From Candidatus Latescibacterota bacterium (GTDB lineage Bacteria > Latescibacterota > UBA2968 > GCA-2709665): 64,000 nucleotides of DNA. A model generated the notes under the pieces. That model saw only the letters and a program-made list of their open reading frames with translations. It did not search any database and was not told the DNA's origin. This document shows, one piece after another, positions 47,430-58,024 of the stretch (position 1 is its first letter; each line of letters starts with the position of its first letter). Position numbers and translations under genes: made by a program. Location of the stretch: NCBI GenBank assembly GCA_963667175.2, contig CAXXXF010000004.1:192001-256000 (forward strand), written 5' to 3'.

Positions 47430-48767
47430 ATGCCTGAAGAACACAAAATCATCACCGAAGGCTTCGGCGTAGATGGCCTCCGGACGATCGACGTCTACAG
47501 GGCTCATGGCGGATATACGGCCATCGAGAAGGCCTTCGGAATGTCACAGGACGAGGTGATCGACGAGGTGAGGGAGTCGTTGCTGGCCGGTCGGGGAGGC
47601 GCGTGGTTCCCGGCCGGTGTGAAATGGGGGTTTATGCCGAAAGAACCCCGCGAGCCCAGTTACCTCTGCGTGAATGCCGACGAAAGCGAGCCGGGCACGT
47701 TCAAGGACCGGCATCTGATGGAGCAGAATCCGCATCAGATGCTCGAGGGTACCATTATCGCGTCGTACGCGATGCGGGTAAGCGTGGCATACGTCTATAT
47801 CCGCGGCGAGATGTTCGAGGCCAGGAGGATCGTGGAGAAGGCGATCGCCGAGGCGCGGGCGGCCGGCTTTATCGGCAGGGACATTCTGGGTTCCGGATAC
47901 GACCTGGAGGTCTACGTCCACCCTGGCGCCGGGGCCTATATTTGCGGTGAGGAAATGGGCCTGATCCAGTCCCTCAACGGCAACCGAGCCGAGCCGCGCG
48001 CAAAACCGCCGTTTCCCGCCCAGCAGGGTGTTTTCGAACGGCCCACCACGGTGAACAACGTCCAGACGCTTTCTTACGTGCCCCACATCGTGAACCGGGG
48101 GGCGGACTGGTTCAAGGGAATCGGCAGCGAACGGTTTCCCGGCACGTTCATTTTCTGTGTCAGCGGCCATGTGAACAATCCGGGGATGTTCGAGCTCGAA
48201 ACCGGTTCCGTCACGATGCGCCAGATCGTGGAGGATTTCGCGGGGGGAGTGCGCGACGGCCGCGCGTTGAAAGCGGTGATTCCAGGCGGGGCCTCAACGC
48301 CGCCGATGACACCCGACCAGATCGATATCGTAATGGACCCGTCGAATTTCCTTGCGCCGGGCGGGGGAGACTTCCAGGGCATGTTCGGCACGGGCGGGAT
48401 CATTGTGATGGACGAAACTTCGTGCATGGTCGACGCTTTGTTGAACTTCATGGTCTTCTTCGCTCACGAGTCCTGCGGCCAGTGCACGCCCTGCCGTGAG
48501 GGATGCCCATGGGCGCGGGATATCGTGTGGCGGATCGAGAATGGCCTGGGGAAACGGGGCGACCTGGATACGTTGCTCGACATAGCCCATAACGTCGGGC
48601 CTTATCTGTGTCCGCCTTCCAGGCTGACAACCATATGCGGCTTCGGCGGGGCGTTTGCAAATCCGATCCACGGATTCGTGCAGACGTTCCGGGACGAATT
48701 CGAGGCCCACGTCGAAGAGGGTCGATACCCGGTCAAACAGGACAAATCCACTCGGGTTCCGGGATAA
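47430..48767 (+). CDS. nuoF: NADH-quinone oxidoreductase subunit F
   Basis: GRGGAWFP, NADESEPGTFKDR, GAGAYICGEE, ESCGQCTPCREG. Confidence 0.95.
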   Translation: MPEEHKIITEGFGVDGLRTIDVYRAHGGYTAIEKAFGMSQDEVIDEVRESLLAGRGGAWFPAGVKWGFMPKEPREPSYLCVNADESEPGTFKDRHLMEQNPHQMLEGTIIASYAMRVSVAYVYIRGEMFEARRIVEKAIAEARAAGFIGRDILGSGYDLEVYVHPGAGAYICGEEMGLIQSLNGNRAEPRAKPPFPAQQGVFERPTTVNNVQTLSYVPHIVNRGADWFKGIGSERFPGTFIFCVSGHVNNPGMFELETGSVTMRQIVEDFAGGVRDGRALKAVIPGGASTPPMTPDQIDIVMDPSNFLAPGGGDFQGMFGTGGIIVMDETSCMVDALLNFMVFFAHESCGQCTPCREGCPWARDIVWRIENGLGKRGDLDTLLDIAHNVGPYLCPPSRLTTICGFGGAFANPIHGFVQTFRDEFEAHVEEGRYPVKQDKSTRVPG

Positions 48768-48773
48768 ATCAAG

Positions 48774-50390
48774 ATGGCGACGTTTACGATTGATGGCAGT
48801 GAAATTGAGATCGTCCCTGGAAAGAACGTGCTCCAGACGGCGATTGACAACGGGATCTACGTCCCTCACTATTGCTACCACCCGGGGCTCAGCGCGCCGG
48901 CAAACTGCCGCATGTGCCTTGTGGAGATGGACGTGGGCGGTCGTCGCAGCCTCGGACCTTCCTGCTCCGCCATGCCCGCCGATGGCATGGTTGTGGATAC
49001 GCAGTCGGACGTCGTCAAGGAAAACCAGAATGCCGTGATGGAATTCCTGCTGGTGAATCATCCGCTGGACTGTCCGGTGTGCGATCAGTCCGGCGAGTGC
49101 GAGCTGCAGGACTACAGCTACACGTACGGGACCGACAGGAGCCGGTACCACGAGAAGAAGCTGGTCCAGCCCAAGAAAGACGTCGGAAGGCACGTGTTGT
49201 TGTATTCCGACCGGTGCATCCGGTGTACCCGCTGCATCCGGTTCTGCGACGAGGTTTCCGGAACGGGCGAGCTGGGGTACTTCAATCGGGGGGTCTATAA
49301 CGAAATCGACGTGTTCCCCGGGGCGAGGATGGACAATCGACTGTCGGGCAATACCGTGGATATCTGCCCGGTCGGCGCGTTGCTGGACAAATCGTTTCTT
49401 TTCAAACAGCGTGTATGGTTTCTGAAGTCGGTCGACACGATCTGCCCGGGATGCAGCACGGGATGCAACGTCAGGGCCGATTACAACAATGAACGGATCT
49501 ACCGACTGGCGCCGCGCGAGAATCCGGACGTGAACGAATACTGGATGTGTGACGACGGACGCCACGGGTGGGGCTACGTGCATGCCGACGACCGTCTGCT
49601 GTTTCCGATGCTGGGGCGAGGCGAGGCGCAGGAACTGGCGCTGTGGGAGGCCGCGCTGAAGGCGACGAGGGCCGGATTCGAACGCGTTCGGTCGGAGTAC
49701 GGAGACGGCGCCGTGGCGGGGATTGCGTCGGCTCACCTGACCAACGAAGAGCACTATCTTTTCGGCAGTCTCTTCTCGAACGGGCTGGCGGGTGGTCCCG
49801 TCGCGGTCCACACCAGACTCAGCGACGAGGGCGACGTGACGTTCAAGGGCGGATTCACCATCCATGGGGACAAGTCTCCCAATTCACGCGGCGCGCGGAC
49901 CGTGCTTGAGGGGTTGGGGTTGTCTCTCGCGGAGCCGCCGGAAATCTGGCGCGGCATCGCGGAAGGACGGATACGGGGTCTCTACCTTCTGGGCGGCGAT
50001 CCTCTGGCTTCGTTGTCCGACGAGGAACAGACGGCCCTGGCAACCCTCGACTTTCTGGTCGTTCAGGATATCCGGGCTCGCAGCTGGACGGCGATGGCCG
50101 ACGTGATCCTGCCCGGCGCGGCGTTTATCGAGAAGGACGGCACGTTCAGCAATTTCGGCGGACGGGTACAGCGTGTACGGCGGGGCCTGGCCCCAGTCGG
50201 CGACGCGCGTGCGGACTGGGAGATCCTTCGGGACGTCAACCGGGAGATGGGGGTCGAAGCCGCACACGACCGGATCGAAGCGGTTATGGCCGACCTGGCG
50301 AACGCCGTCGCGGCCTTCGAGGGAGTGGACGATGATGACGGGGGAGACCGGGGAAAGCCACTTGTTGAGATTGAGGCAGCCGGAGCGTAG
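48774..50390 (+). CDS. nuoG: NADH-quinone oxidoreductase subunit G (short form)
   Basis: CYHP..NCRMC, HPLDCPVCDQSGEC, CIRCTRC, CPGCSTGC Fe-S motifs. Confidence 0.93.
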   Translation: MATFTIDGSEIEIVPGKNVLQTAIDNGIYVPHYCYHPGLSAPANCRMCLVEMDVGGRRSLGPSCSAMPADGMVVDTQSDVVKENQNAVMEFLLVNHPLDCPVCDQSGECELQDYSYTYGTDRSRYHEKKLVQPKKDVGRHVLLYSDRCIRCTRCIRFCDEVSGTGELGYFNRGVYNEIDVFPGARMDNRLSGNTVDICPVGALLDKSFLFKQRVWFLKSVDTICPGCSTGCNVRADYNNERIYRLAPRENPDVNEYWMCDDGRHGWGYVHADDRLLFPMLGRGEAQELALWEAALKATRAGFERVRSEYGDGAVAGIASAHLTNEEHYLFGSLFSNGLAGGPVAVHTRLSDEGDVTFKGGFTIHGDKSPNSRGARTVLEGLGLSLAEPPEIWRGIAEGRIRGLYLLGGDPLASLSDEEQTALATLDFLVVQDIRARSWTAMADVILPGAAFIEKDGTFSNFGGRVQRVRRGLAPVGDARADWEILRDVNREMGVEAAHDRIEAVMADLANAVAAFEGVDDDDGGDRGKPLVEIEAAGA

Positions 50391-50398
50391 ATGCGTTT

Positions 50399-51439
50399 AT
50401 GGATTACGCGATTGAGAGTGTCGTGAAGATCGTTGTGGTATTCGGCGGGATGCTGGGCGCGGTCGCCTATCTCGTACTTGCCGAGCGGAAGGTCAGCGCG
50501 TATATCCAGAACCGTCTGGGTCCGAACCGGGTCGGGCCCTGGGGATTGCTGCAGCCGCTTGCCGACGGTCTCAAGTTTCTCTTCAAGGAAGACGTGATTC
50601 CCCGGCACGTGAACCGGTTCGTCTATCTGGCCGCGCCGCCCGCCATTCTCGTCCCTGCGCTGATGGGTTTTGCCATCGTGCCGTTCGGCGATACCATGAC
50701 CCTGTGGGGCCATGAGGTCCGGCTGCAGATCGCCGATATAAACGTCGGCGTCCTTTACCTCCTTGCGCTGGCGTCTCTGGGGGTCTACGGGGTGGTGCTC
50801 GGCGGGTGGGCGTCCAACAACAAGTATGCCCTGCTGGGCGGGTTGCGCGCTTCCGCCCAGATGATCAGCTACGAACTGGCGCTGGGGCTGTCGCTGATCG
50901 GCGTACTGATGGCCGCGGGCACACTGCAGCTGGATGAAATCGTCAGGCAGCAGTCCGAACGAACGCTGTTCGGTTTTTTGCCGGGATGGAACGTGTTCAC
51001 GCAGCCGCTGGGATTCGTGTTGTTTACAGCGGCCGCGTTCGCCGAGAGCAACCGGCTGCCGTTCGATCTGCCGGAGTCCGAACAGGAACTGGTGGCCGGG
51101 TATCACGCCGAGTACAGCAGCATGAAGTTCGCCATGTTCTTCATGGCCGAGTACGCCCATATGATTACGGCGTCGGCCGTCATCGCCACCCTTTTCTTCG
51201 GCGGCTGGCATATGCCGTGGCTGGTGGACCCCGGAAGTTCCTCGATCGGCGCCAGTCTGCTCAAGTTGCTCGCGTTTCTGATCAAGACCGGATTCTTCAT
51301 GTTTCTGTTCCTGTGGGTACGCTGGACCCTTCCGCGTTTTCGGTACGATCAGGTGATGTGGCTGGGGTGGAAGGTTCTGCTGCCGCTGGCGCTTCTGAAC
51401 GTCTTCTTAACCGGGCTCTATCTGACGCTTACGCACTGA
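50399..51439 (+). CDS. nuoH: NADH-quinone oxidoreductase subunit H
   Basis: [44 protein letters not shown]. Confidence 0.96.
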   Translation: MDYAIESVVKIVVVFGGMLGAVAYLVLAERKVSAYIQNRLGPNRVGPWGLLQPLADGLKFLFKEDVIPRHVNRFVYLAAPPAILVPALMGFAIVPFGDTMTLWGHEVRLQIADINVGVLYLLALASLGVYGVVLGGWASNNKYALLGGLRASAQMISYELALGLSLIGVLMAAGTLQLDEIVRQQSERTLFGFLPGWNVFTQPLGFVLFTAAAFAESNRLPFDLPESEQELVAGYHAEYSSMKFAMFFMAEYAHMITASAVIATLFFGGWHMPWLVDPGSSSIGASLLKLLAFLIKTGFFMFLFLWVRWTLPRFRYDQVMWLGWKVLLPLALLNVFLTGLYLTLTH

Positions 51440-51483
51440 ATGTTCCGTCCCGGAACGCAAAGCGGCGCCCTGCAGGAGGGAGA

Positions 51484-52011
51484 ATGGAGCAGATCTTCTT
51501 TTTTGTCTTCGCCGCAATCGCGCTGGTTGCGGGCGTGCTCCTCGTCGCGTTTCGAAATCCGGTCTACAGTGCCCTGTCTCTGGTGGCTGCGTTCTTCGCC
51601 CTGGCGGGGCTTTTTGTTTTGCTGAACGCCTATTTCCTGGCGGCGGTGCAGATCATCGTGTATGCCGGCGCGATTATGGTACTCTTCCTGTTCGTGATTA
51701 TGCTTCTGAACCTGGGCCATGCCGGCGCACTCGAGCGCGTGGCGGGCAAATACCGGCGCGTCGCGGTGGTATTGCTGGCGGCGGTTCTGGTGGCGCAACT
51801 CGGCTTCATGGCGGGACGACATTGGGCGGGCACGCCGGTATCCGACGAGGCGCCGCTGTTTACCGACAACGTCAATGCCATCGGCAAACTGCTCTATACC
51901 AGGTATCTGTTCCCCTTCGAAGTGGTTTCCCTGATTCTGCTGGTCGCGTTGATCGGTGTGATGGTCATGGTGAAACGGGATCGTGGAGGCGGAGAAAGCC
52001 GATCCCGTTAG
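51484..52011 (+). CDS. nuoJ: NADH-quinone oxidoreductase subunit J
   Basis: RNPVYSAL, QIIVYAGAIMVLFLFVIMLL, PFEVVS; RBS GGAGGG before ATG 51484. Confidence 0.95.
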   Translation: MEQIFFFVFAAIALVAGVLLVAFRNPVYSALSLVAAFFALAGLFVLLNAYFLAAVQIIVYAGAIMVLFLFVIMLLNLGHAGALERVAGKYRRVAVVLLAAVLVAQLGFMAGRHWAGTPVSDEAPLFTDNVNAIGKLLYTRYLFPFEVVSLILLVALIGVMVMVKRDRGGGESRSR

Positions 52012-52099
52012 AAGCGACAGCAATTCCGGGCGCACGCTCCCGTCCCGCTGTTCGTCCAGATGACGAATTCTTAGACAGCTTCTTGACAGCGAGATCGAG

Positions 52100-52405
52100 A
52101 TGGCCGTTCCGGTTACCTATTACCTGATACTGAGCGCGATGCTCTTTGCGATCGGTGTGACGGGCGTACTGATTCGTCGCAATGCGATCGTGATATTCAT
52201 GTGTATCGAACTGATGCTGAACGCGGTCAATCTGCTGTTCGTGACCATGGCGCGTTATATGGGATCGGGTTCCGGCCAGGTATTCGTGTTCTTCGTGATG
52301 GCGGTGTCCGCCGCCGAAGTTGCGGTCGGACTGGCGATTATCATTGCGCTATACAGGAACAGACAGACATTGGACGTTGGCGAAGTGAACCTGCTGAAAT
52401 GGTAG
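52100..52405 (+). CDS. nuoK: NADH-quinone oxidoreductase subunit K
   Basis: [23 protein letters not shown]. Confidence 0.96.
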   Translation: MAVPVTYYLILSAMLFAIGVTGVLIRRNAIVIFMCIELMLNAVNLLFVTMARYMGSGSGQVFVFFVMAVSAAEVAVGLAIIIALYRNRQTLDVGEVNLLKW

Positions 52406-52465
52406 GCGCCGCGTGACGGTGATACGGCAACCGCGATACTTCCGTCGGAATAAAGTGAGCTGGCG

Positions 52466-54325
52466 ATGCTGACCGTTGTGATTCTGATCATTCTCTTTCC
52501 GCTCGCCGGCGCCGCCGTAAACGGATTGTTCGGTCATCGGCTTCGGGAGGCGTCCGGGTACATCGGCGCCGCGGCGGTGGGGCTTTCGTGTGTACTGTCC
52601 CTGCGTGTTCTGCTCTGGGTGGCGGGCGGCGGAGAATTGAACGAAAACGTCTACACCTGGATTGCGGCCGGGTCGTTCAAGGCCGCCGTCGGGTTCCAGG
52701 TCGATGCCCTGTCGACCATCATGATCGTGACGGTTACGGCAATCTCGTTCCTTATCCATATATATTCTTTCGGATATATGCGCAACGACCCGGGGTTCGC
52801 CCGATTCTTTGCCTACCTGAACCTGTTTGTGTTTTCCATGCTGGTACTGGTGCTCGCGAACAATTATCTGCTGATGTTCGTGGGATGGGAGGGCGTTGGG
52901 TTGTGTTCATATCTCCTGATCGGCTTCTGGTACGAACGGAAGTCCGCTTCGGATGCGGGCAAGAAAGCGTTTATCGTGAACCGGATCGGAGATTTCGGTT
53001 TCCTGCTCGGCATTTTTCTGATGGTAAGCTACCTGGGCACGGTGCAGTACACCGAGGTATTCGCAAAGGCGCCGCTCCTGTTGTCCACGGGCGTCGCGAC
53101 GGCGATCGCGCTTCTGCTTTTCGTCGGCGCCTGCGGAAAGTCGGCGCAGTTTCCGCTCTACGTATGGCTGCCCGACGCTATGGAAGGCCCAACGCCGGTG
53201 AGTTCTCTGATTCACGCGGCCACGATGGTCACGGCGGGTGTCTATATGGTGGCGCGCTCGAACGTGCTGTATACGCTCTCCCCCGCCGCGGGGACCGTGG
53301 TGGCCTGGGTCGGTATCGCCACGGCGTTGCTGGCCGCGACCATCGCGCTGGTGAATACCGACATCAAACGGGTCCTGGCCTATTCGACCGTCAGCCAGCT
53401 GGGGTACATGTTCGTTGGCGTGGGCGTCGGCGCATATACGGCCGGAATTTTCCATCTGTTCACACACGCGTTCTTCAAAGGGCTGATGTTTCTGGCGGCG
53501 GGCAGTGTGATGCACGCGATGCAGGACGAACTGGATATGCGGAAGATGGGCGGGCTGTTGGGCAAGATGCGGGTGACCGGTGTCACGTTCTGGGTCGGCG
53601 CTCTCGCCATCGCGGGCATTCCGCCCCTGGCCGGATTCTGGAGCAAGGACGAAATCCTGGTGAGCGCGTACCGCTCCGGGAACGTGGCGATCTGGGCCCT
53701 GGGTGTCGCAGGGGCTGTGCTTACGGCATTTTACATGTTCCGGCTGATCTTTATGACATTCCATGGACAACCCCGCGACCGGCATCTGTACGAGCACGCT
53801 CACGAGTCTCCTTACAACATGACGGCGCCGCTGGTTTCGCTGGCGTTGGGATCGGCCCTGGTCGGGTTCGTGGGCGTTCCGCCCGGGCACGGCTGGATCG
53901 ATGCGTTCCTGAGCGATACGGCCGGAGCGGCTCACCATCCGGCGTCCGGCGGACTGTCAGGCGGGATGCTGGTGGGTATTTCCATTCTCGCGGGTCTGCT
54001 GGGAATCGGGTTCGCCTACCGGATGCACAGGGCAGGCCGGCTGGGAGCGGCGTCCTCGAATGCCCTTCATGGGCTGCTGGTTCGCAAATGGTACGTCGAC
54101 GAGATCTACCACGCCGTCGTCGTCCGACCGATTCATCGGCTTTCGCAGGCGCTGGCGCGTGTTCTCGATGCGATGGTGGTGGATGGGATCGTAAACGGTC
54201 TGGGCCTGCTGGTGAAAGGTTCGGGCTGGGTCGTCACCAGGTTTCAGTCGGGCAACGCGCCCACGTACGCGCTCTGGATGGTGATTGGCGTGGTTGCGGT
54301 GTTGTATTACGTGTCGGGGAATTGA
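52466..54325 (+). CDS. nuoL: NADH-quinone oxidoreductase subunit L
   Basis: GWEGVG, GKSAQFPL, WLPDAMEGPTPVS, HAFFK, GFWSKD. Confidence 0.96.
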   Translation: MLTVVILIILFPLAGAAVNGLFGHRLREASGYIGAAAVGLSCVLSLRVLLWVAGGGELNENVYTWIAAGSFKAAVGFQVDALSTIMIVTVTAISFLIHIYSFGYMRNDPGFARFFAYLNLFVFSMLVLVLANNYLLMFVGWEGVGLCSYLLIGFWYERKSASDAGKKAFIVNRIGDFGFLLGIFLMVSYLGTVQYTEVFAKAPLLLSTGVATAIALLLFVGACGKSAQFPLYVWLPDAMEGPTPVSSLIHAATMVTAGVYMVARSNVLYTLSPAAGTVVAWVGIATALLAATIALVNTDIKRVLAYSTVSQLGYMFVGVGVGAYTAGIFHLFTHAFFKGLMFLAAGSVMHAMQDELDMRKMGGLLGKMRVTGVTFWVGALAIAGIPPLAGFWSKDEILVSAYRSGNVAIWALGVAGAVLTAFYMFRLIFMTFHGQPRDRHLYEHAHESPYNMTAPLVSLALGSALVGFVGVPPGHGWIDAFLSDTAGAAHHPASGGLSGGMLVGISILAGLLGIGFAYRMHRAGRLGAASSNALHGLLVRKWYVDEIYHAVVVRPIHRLSQALARVLDAMVVDGIVNGLGLLVKGSGWVVTRFQSGNAPTYALWMVIGVVAVLYYVSGN

Positions 54326-54374
54326 GACGATTCCGCGCAAGATAACAGTCCGTAGGCTGATAAGGAACTGAACT

Positions 54375-55895
54375 GTGCCTGGAATCCTGACAGGCTTGAT
54401 CTTCATTCCATTGATTGGCGGCGTGCTGGTCCTGCTTCTGGGTCGTGGACGCGACGGGTTGAGTCGCGCTCTCGCCCTGGCGGTGGCACTGGCGAATCTG
54501 CTGCTGTCCGTCTGGTTATATGCCGGATTCAGATCCGGCGCCGCGGGGATGCAGTTTGTGGAAAAAACGGAGTGGGTGGGGGCCTTCGGCATCTCCTATT
54601 TCGTGGGGATCGACGGAATCAGTCTCTTGCTGGTACTGGTGACGACATTGCTCACGTTCCTGGCGATTCTCGCATCGTGGACGTCAATAACGTCCCGCGT
54701 GCGGGAGTATATGGCTTCGATGCTTCTGCTGGAAACGGGGATGATCGGGGTGTTCTGCGCCCTGGATCTGTTCCTCTTATACGTGTTCTGGGAGGCCATG
54801 CTCATTCCGATGGTTCTGCTGATCGGCGTCTGGGGCGGAGAACGGCGGATCTATGCGGCGATAAAATTCCTGCTGTTTACCCTGGCGGGCAGTCTGTTGA
54901 TGCTCGTGGCGATTGTCTATCTCGGTCTGCGGTATGGCACCTTCGACCTGATGGCGCTGCAGAAGATGACGTATCTGCACCCGCAACAGCACTGGCTCTT
55001 CCTCGCGTTTTTCCTGAGTTTCGCGATCAAGGTGCCGCTGTTTCCACTGCATACCTGGTTGCCTGACGCGCACGTCGAGGCGCCGACGGCGGGCAGCGTG
55101 ATCCTTGCGGGGGTTCTTCTGAAAATGGGTACCTACGGGTTGATCCGCTTCTGCCTGCCGTTGTTCCCGATGGCTGCGCTGTACTTCACCCCGCATATCA
55201 TGGCGCTGTCCGTGGTCGGCATCGTGTACGGCGCACTGGTGGCTATGGTCCAGACCGATATTAAGAAACTCGTAGCTTATTCGAGCGTGAGCCACCTGGG
55301 TTTCGTGGTTCTGGGTATTTTCTCAATGAACGCCCAGGGCATGCAGGGCGGGATTATTCAGATGGTGAACCACGGGCTGTCAACAGGGGCGCTGTTCTTG
55401 ATTGTGGGCATGATCTACGAACGCCGTCATACGCGTCTCATCGCCGACTTCGGCGGGTTGGCCAGGACCATCCCGGTATTTGCGACGTTCTTCCTGATCA
55501 CGACGCTCTCTTCGATCGGCCTTCCGGGGCTGAACGGGTTTGTGGGTGAGTTCCTGATCCTTCTCGGCGCCTTTAAGGCAAGCATGACGCACGGCATCAT
55601 TGCTGCCTCCGGTGTCGTCCTTGCCGCCGTGTACATGCTGTGGATGTTTCAGCGTGTGGTGTGGGGCGAGGTGAAAGACGAACGAAATCGGAAGCTGGCG
55701 GACCTGTCCGTACGGGAATGGTTCATTCTGACGCCGCTGGTGGTCCTGATGTTCTGGATCGGCGTGTACCCGGGCGCGTTCCTGAAGAAGACCGAACTGT
55801 CTGCGAAAATGGTGATCGAACAGGTGCGCATCAGGCAGATTGAAAGCCTGAAAGATACCTTCGCTTCGGCACCCACACGCGGAAAAATCGAATAA
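54375..55895 (+). CDS. nuoM: NADH-quinone oxidoreductase subunit M
   Basis: FWEAMLIPM, PLHTWLPDAHVEAP, AYSSVSH, GLPGLNGFVGE. Confidence 0.96.
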   Translation: MPGILTGLIFIPLIGGVLVLLLGRGRDGLSRALALAVALANLLLSVWLYAGFRSGAAGMQFVEKTEWVGAFGISYFVGIDGISLLLVLVTTLLTFLAILASWTSITSRVREYMASMLLLETGMIGVFCALDLFLLYVFWEAMLIPMVLLIGVWGGERRIYAAIKFLLFTLAGSLLMLVAIVYLGLRYGTFDLMALQKMTYLHPQQHWLFLAFFLSFAIKVPLFPLHTWLPDAHVEAPTAGSVILAGVLLKMGTYGLIRFCLPLFPMAALYFTPHIMALSVVGIVYGALVAMVQTDIKKLVAYSSVSHLGFVVLGIFSMNAQGMQGGIIQMVNHGLSTGALFLIVGMIYERRHTRLIADFGGLARTIPVFATFFLITTLSSIGLPGLNGFVGEFLILLGAFKASMTHGIIAASGVVLAAVYMLWMFQRVVWGEVKDERNRKLADLSVREWFILTPLVVLMFWIGVYPGAFLKKTELSAKMVIEQVRIRQIESLKDTFASAPTRGKIE

Positions 55896-55955
55896 TCCGA
55901 ACCGGACAACAGACGCGTCCGGCCGTTGCGGCGCCCGGCGCGGAGGGAACAGGAT

Positions 55956-56441
55956 TTGAGAATCTTGCTGAGTCTGACCGTTGTGTTATTCGGAGTCTGG
56001 CTGCTCTGGTCGGGGCACTATTCCATCGACCGCTCGCTGGTACTCGCGCTCGGGGTCGTGTCCTGCCTGACGGTGGTCGCCATCGTCCGGCGGATGGGTA
56101 TCGTCGATTCCGAGGGACATCCGGTTCACCTCGCGGCTCGAGTACTGGGATACGTTCCGTGGCTTCTGTTGGTTATCGTCCGGTCCAATATCGACGTGGC
56201 TTTGCGAATACTGACGCCCGGAATGCCCATCAGCCCCACTCTGGTCCGAACCGGGACAAGCCAGAATCACGCGCTGGGAAGGGTCATTTACGCAAATTCC
56301 ATCACACTGACGCCCGGGACGGTTTCGGTGGAAGTGGAAGACGACGCGATTCTTGTTCACGCGCTTTCGCGTGAAGGCGCCGAAGAACTTCTGGACGGCG
56401 AGATGGACCGCCGTGTCACGGCAATGGAGGGAACCTCCTGA
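55956..56441 (+). CDS. mrpE: Mrp/Mnh Na+/H+ antiporter subunit E
   Basis: YANSITLTPGT, ILVHAL; TTG start after an AGGA RBS. Confidence 0.9.
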   Translation: MRILLSLTVVLFGVWLLWSGHYSIDRSLVLALGVVSCLTVVAIVRRMGIVDSEGHPVHLAARVLGYVPWLLLVIVRSNIDVALRILTPGMPISPTLVRTGTSQNHALGRVIYANSITLTPGTVSVEVEDDAILVHALSREGAEELLDGEMDRRVTAMEGTS

Positions 56442-56728
56442 TGTTTGCGGCGGCGATGGCGGCAGTCCTTATCACGATGGTTCTGGCGCTGATTCGAGCG
56501 ATCGCGGGTCCAACGGTTTACGACCGCGTCCTGGCCGCAAACATGTTCGGCACCAAGATGATTCTCCTGATTGCGGTGCTGGGTTTTCTGACGGGCCGGC
56601 CGGATTTTCTGGACCTGGCGCTGATCTACGTCCTGCTGAACTTCATCGGAACGTTCGCCGTGCTCAAGTACGTCCAATACGGCAATTTCGGGTCGGCGGA
56701 CGGCGAGGGCGGGGAGACTTCCAAATGA
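56441..56728 (+). CDS. mrpF: Mrp antiporter subunit F
   Basis: GPTVYDRVLA, DLALIYVLLNFIG. Confidence 0.9.
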   Translation: MFAAAMAAVLITMVLALIRAIAGPTVYDRVLAANMFGTKMILLIAVLGFLTGRPDFLDLALIYVLLNFIGTFAVLKYVQYGNFGSADGEGGETSK

Positions 56729-57036
56729 CGGTTCACGAAATTGCAAGCTGGGTCTGCCTGCTTTTGGGATCGTTTTTCTGTATCGTGGGCGGCATCGGGC
56801 TGATCAGACTTCCCAACGTCTACACTCGGACGCACGCCGCCGGAGTCACAGATACCCTCGGCGCAGGCCTTGTGCTGGTGGGGCTGATGATACAGGGCGG
56901 GTTCAGCATGGCAACCGTCAAGCTGCTGCTGATCCTTCTGCTTCTCTTGCTGACCAGCCCGGCATCCACCCACGCGGTCGCAAAGGCCGCCTACGCCTCC
57001 GGGTTGAAGCCTCTGCTTCCGGAGGACAAACAATGA
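56725..57036 (+). CDS. mrpG: Mrp antiporter subunit G
   Basis: GLIRLPNVYTRTHAAG, TSPASTHAVA. Confidence 0.9.
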   Translation: MTVHEIASWVCLLLGSFFCIVGGIGLIRLPNVYTRTHAAGVTDTLGAGLVLVGLMIQGGFSMATVKLLLILLLLLLTSPASTHAVAKAAYASGLKPLLPEDKQ

Positions 57037-57608
57037 CCATGATCGAGCTCATAGACGTTGTCCTGCTGGCGCTCCTGGCTGCCACCGCCGTCGCCGTCGT
57101 GCTCACCCGGAATCTTCTCGCCGCCGTGATTCTCGCCGGGATATTCAGCCTGCTTTCCGCCGGGTTGTTTGCCGTGATGGACGCCGTTGACGTGGCCTTT
57201 ACCGAGGCCGCAGTGGGCGCGGGCATCTCGACCGTGCTGCTGATCGGGACCCTTGCGCTGACAGCCCGGAAGGAAGCGAAATCGTCACGACCGTCTCCGC
57301 TGACCCTGCTGGCGGTCCTGGCGACGGGCGCCGTCCTGATTTACGGCACCCTGGACATGCCGCGGTTCGGCGACCCGGAAGCGCCGGTTCATACCCACGT
57401 CGCGCCCGAATACCTCAAGGATTCCGTGCCGCACGCGGGCGGTTCAGCAGCGCGCGTCGACGTTGAGAACATCGTGACGTCCGTGCTTGCCAGTTACAGA
57501 GGGTACGATACGCTTGGCGAGACCACCGTGATCTTCTGTGCGGGCGTGGGGGTGCTGCTGTTGTTGAAGGGAACCCGGCGGGGACGCGAACCGGAGGACG
57601 GACGGTGA
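57033..57608 (+). CDS. Mrp subunit, DUF4040/MrpA-C-terminal plus MrpB-N-like
   Basis: DAVDVAFTEAAVGAG, NIVTSVLASYRGYDTLGE. Confidence 0.85.
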   Translation: MTMIELIDVVLLALLAATAVAVVLTRNLLAAVILAGIFSLLSAGLFAVMDAVDVAFTEAAVGAGISTVLLIGTLALTARKEAKSSRPSPLTLLAVLATGAVLIYGTLDMPRFGDPEAPVHTHVAPEYLKDSVPHAGGSAARVDVENIVTSVLASYRGYDTLGETTVIFCAGVGVLLLLKGTRRGREPEDGR

Positions 57609-58024
57609 AGAATCAGATCATACCGCGGGTCATCGCCAAACTGTTTATCCCGCTGATCCTTCTGTTTGCGCTCTACGTCCAGTTTCACGGCGATTTCGGG
57701 CCGGGAGGCGGGTTTCAGGCCGGCGTGATTTTCGCCGCGGGCTTTGTTCTCTATACGCTGATTTTCGGCCTGGACGAGGCGAAGCGGGTGGCAGGGCCCG
57801 CGGTCGTGGAAATTGTCATCGCCCTCGGTCTGCTCCTGTATGCCTGCACCGGGGTCGCGGGAATGATGAAGGGCGGCCGCTACCTGGACTACGGCGTGCT
57901 TGGCGCGGATCCTGTGGCCGGTCAGCATCTGGGTATTCTCCTGATTGAACTGGGTGTGGGAATCACCGTGGCTTCTGTGATCATTGGGATCTTCTACGCC
58001 TTCGTCGGCAGGAATCGCGCATGA
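57605..58024 (+). CDS. mrpB: Mrp antiporter subunit B
   Basis: HGDFGPGGGFQAG, ELGVGITV. Confidence 0.9.
   Translation: MKNQIIPRVIAKLFIPLILLFALYVQFHGDFGPGGGFQAGVIFAAGFVLYTLIFGLDEAKRVAGPAVVEIVIALGLLLYACTGVAGMMKGGRYLDYGVLGADPVAGQHLGILLIELGVGITVASVIIGIFYAFVGRNRA

Noticed and set aside
48294-54345. Long overlapping ORFs (523, 382, 585 aa) in the nuo region as hidden nuoB or nuoI
   Set aside because: Alternative-frame shadows lacking the NuoB CC motif and the NuoI CxxCxxCxxxCP motifs.
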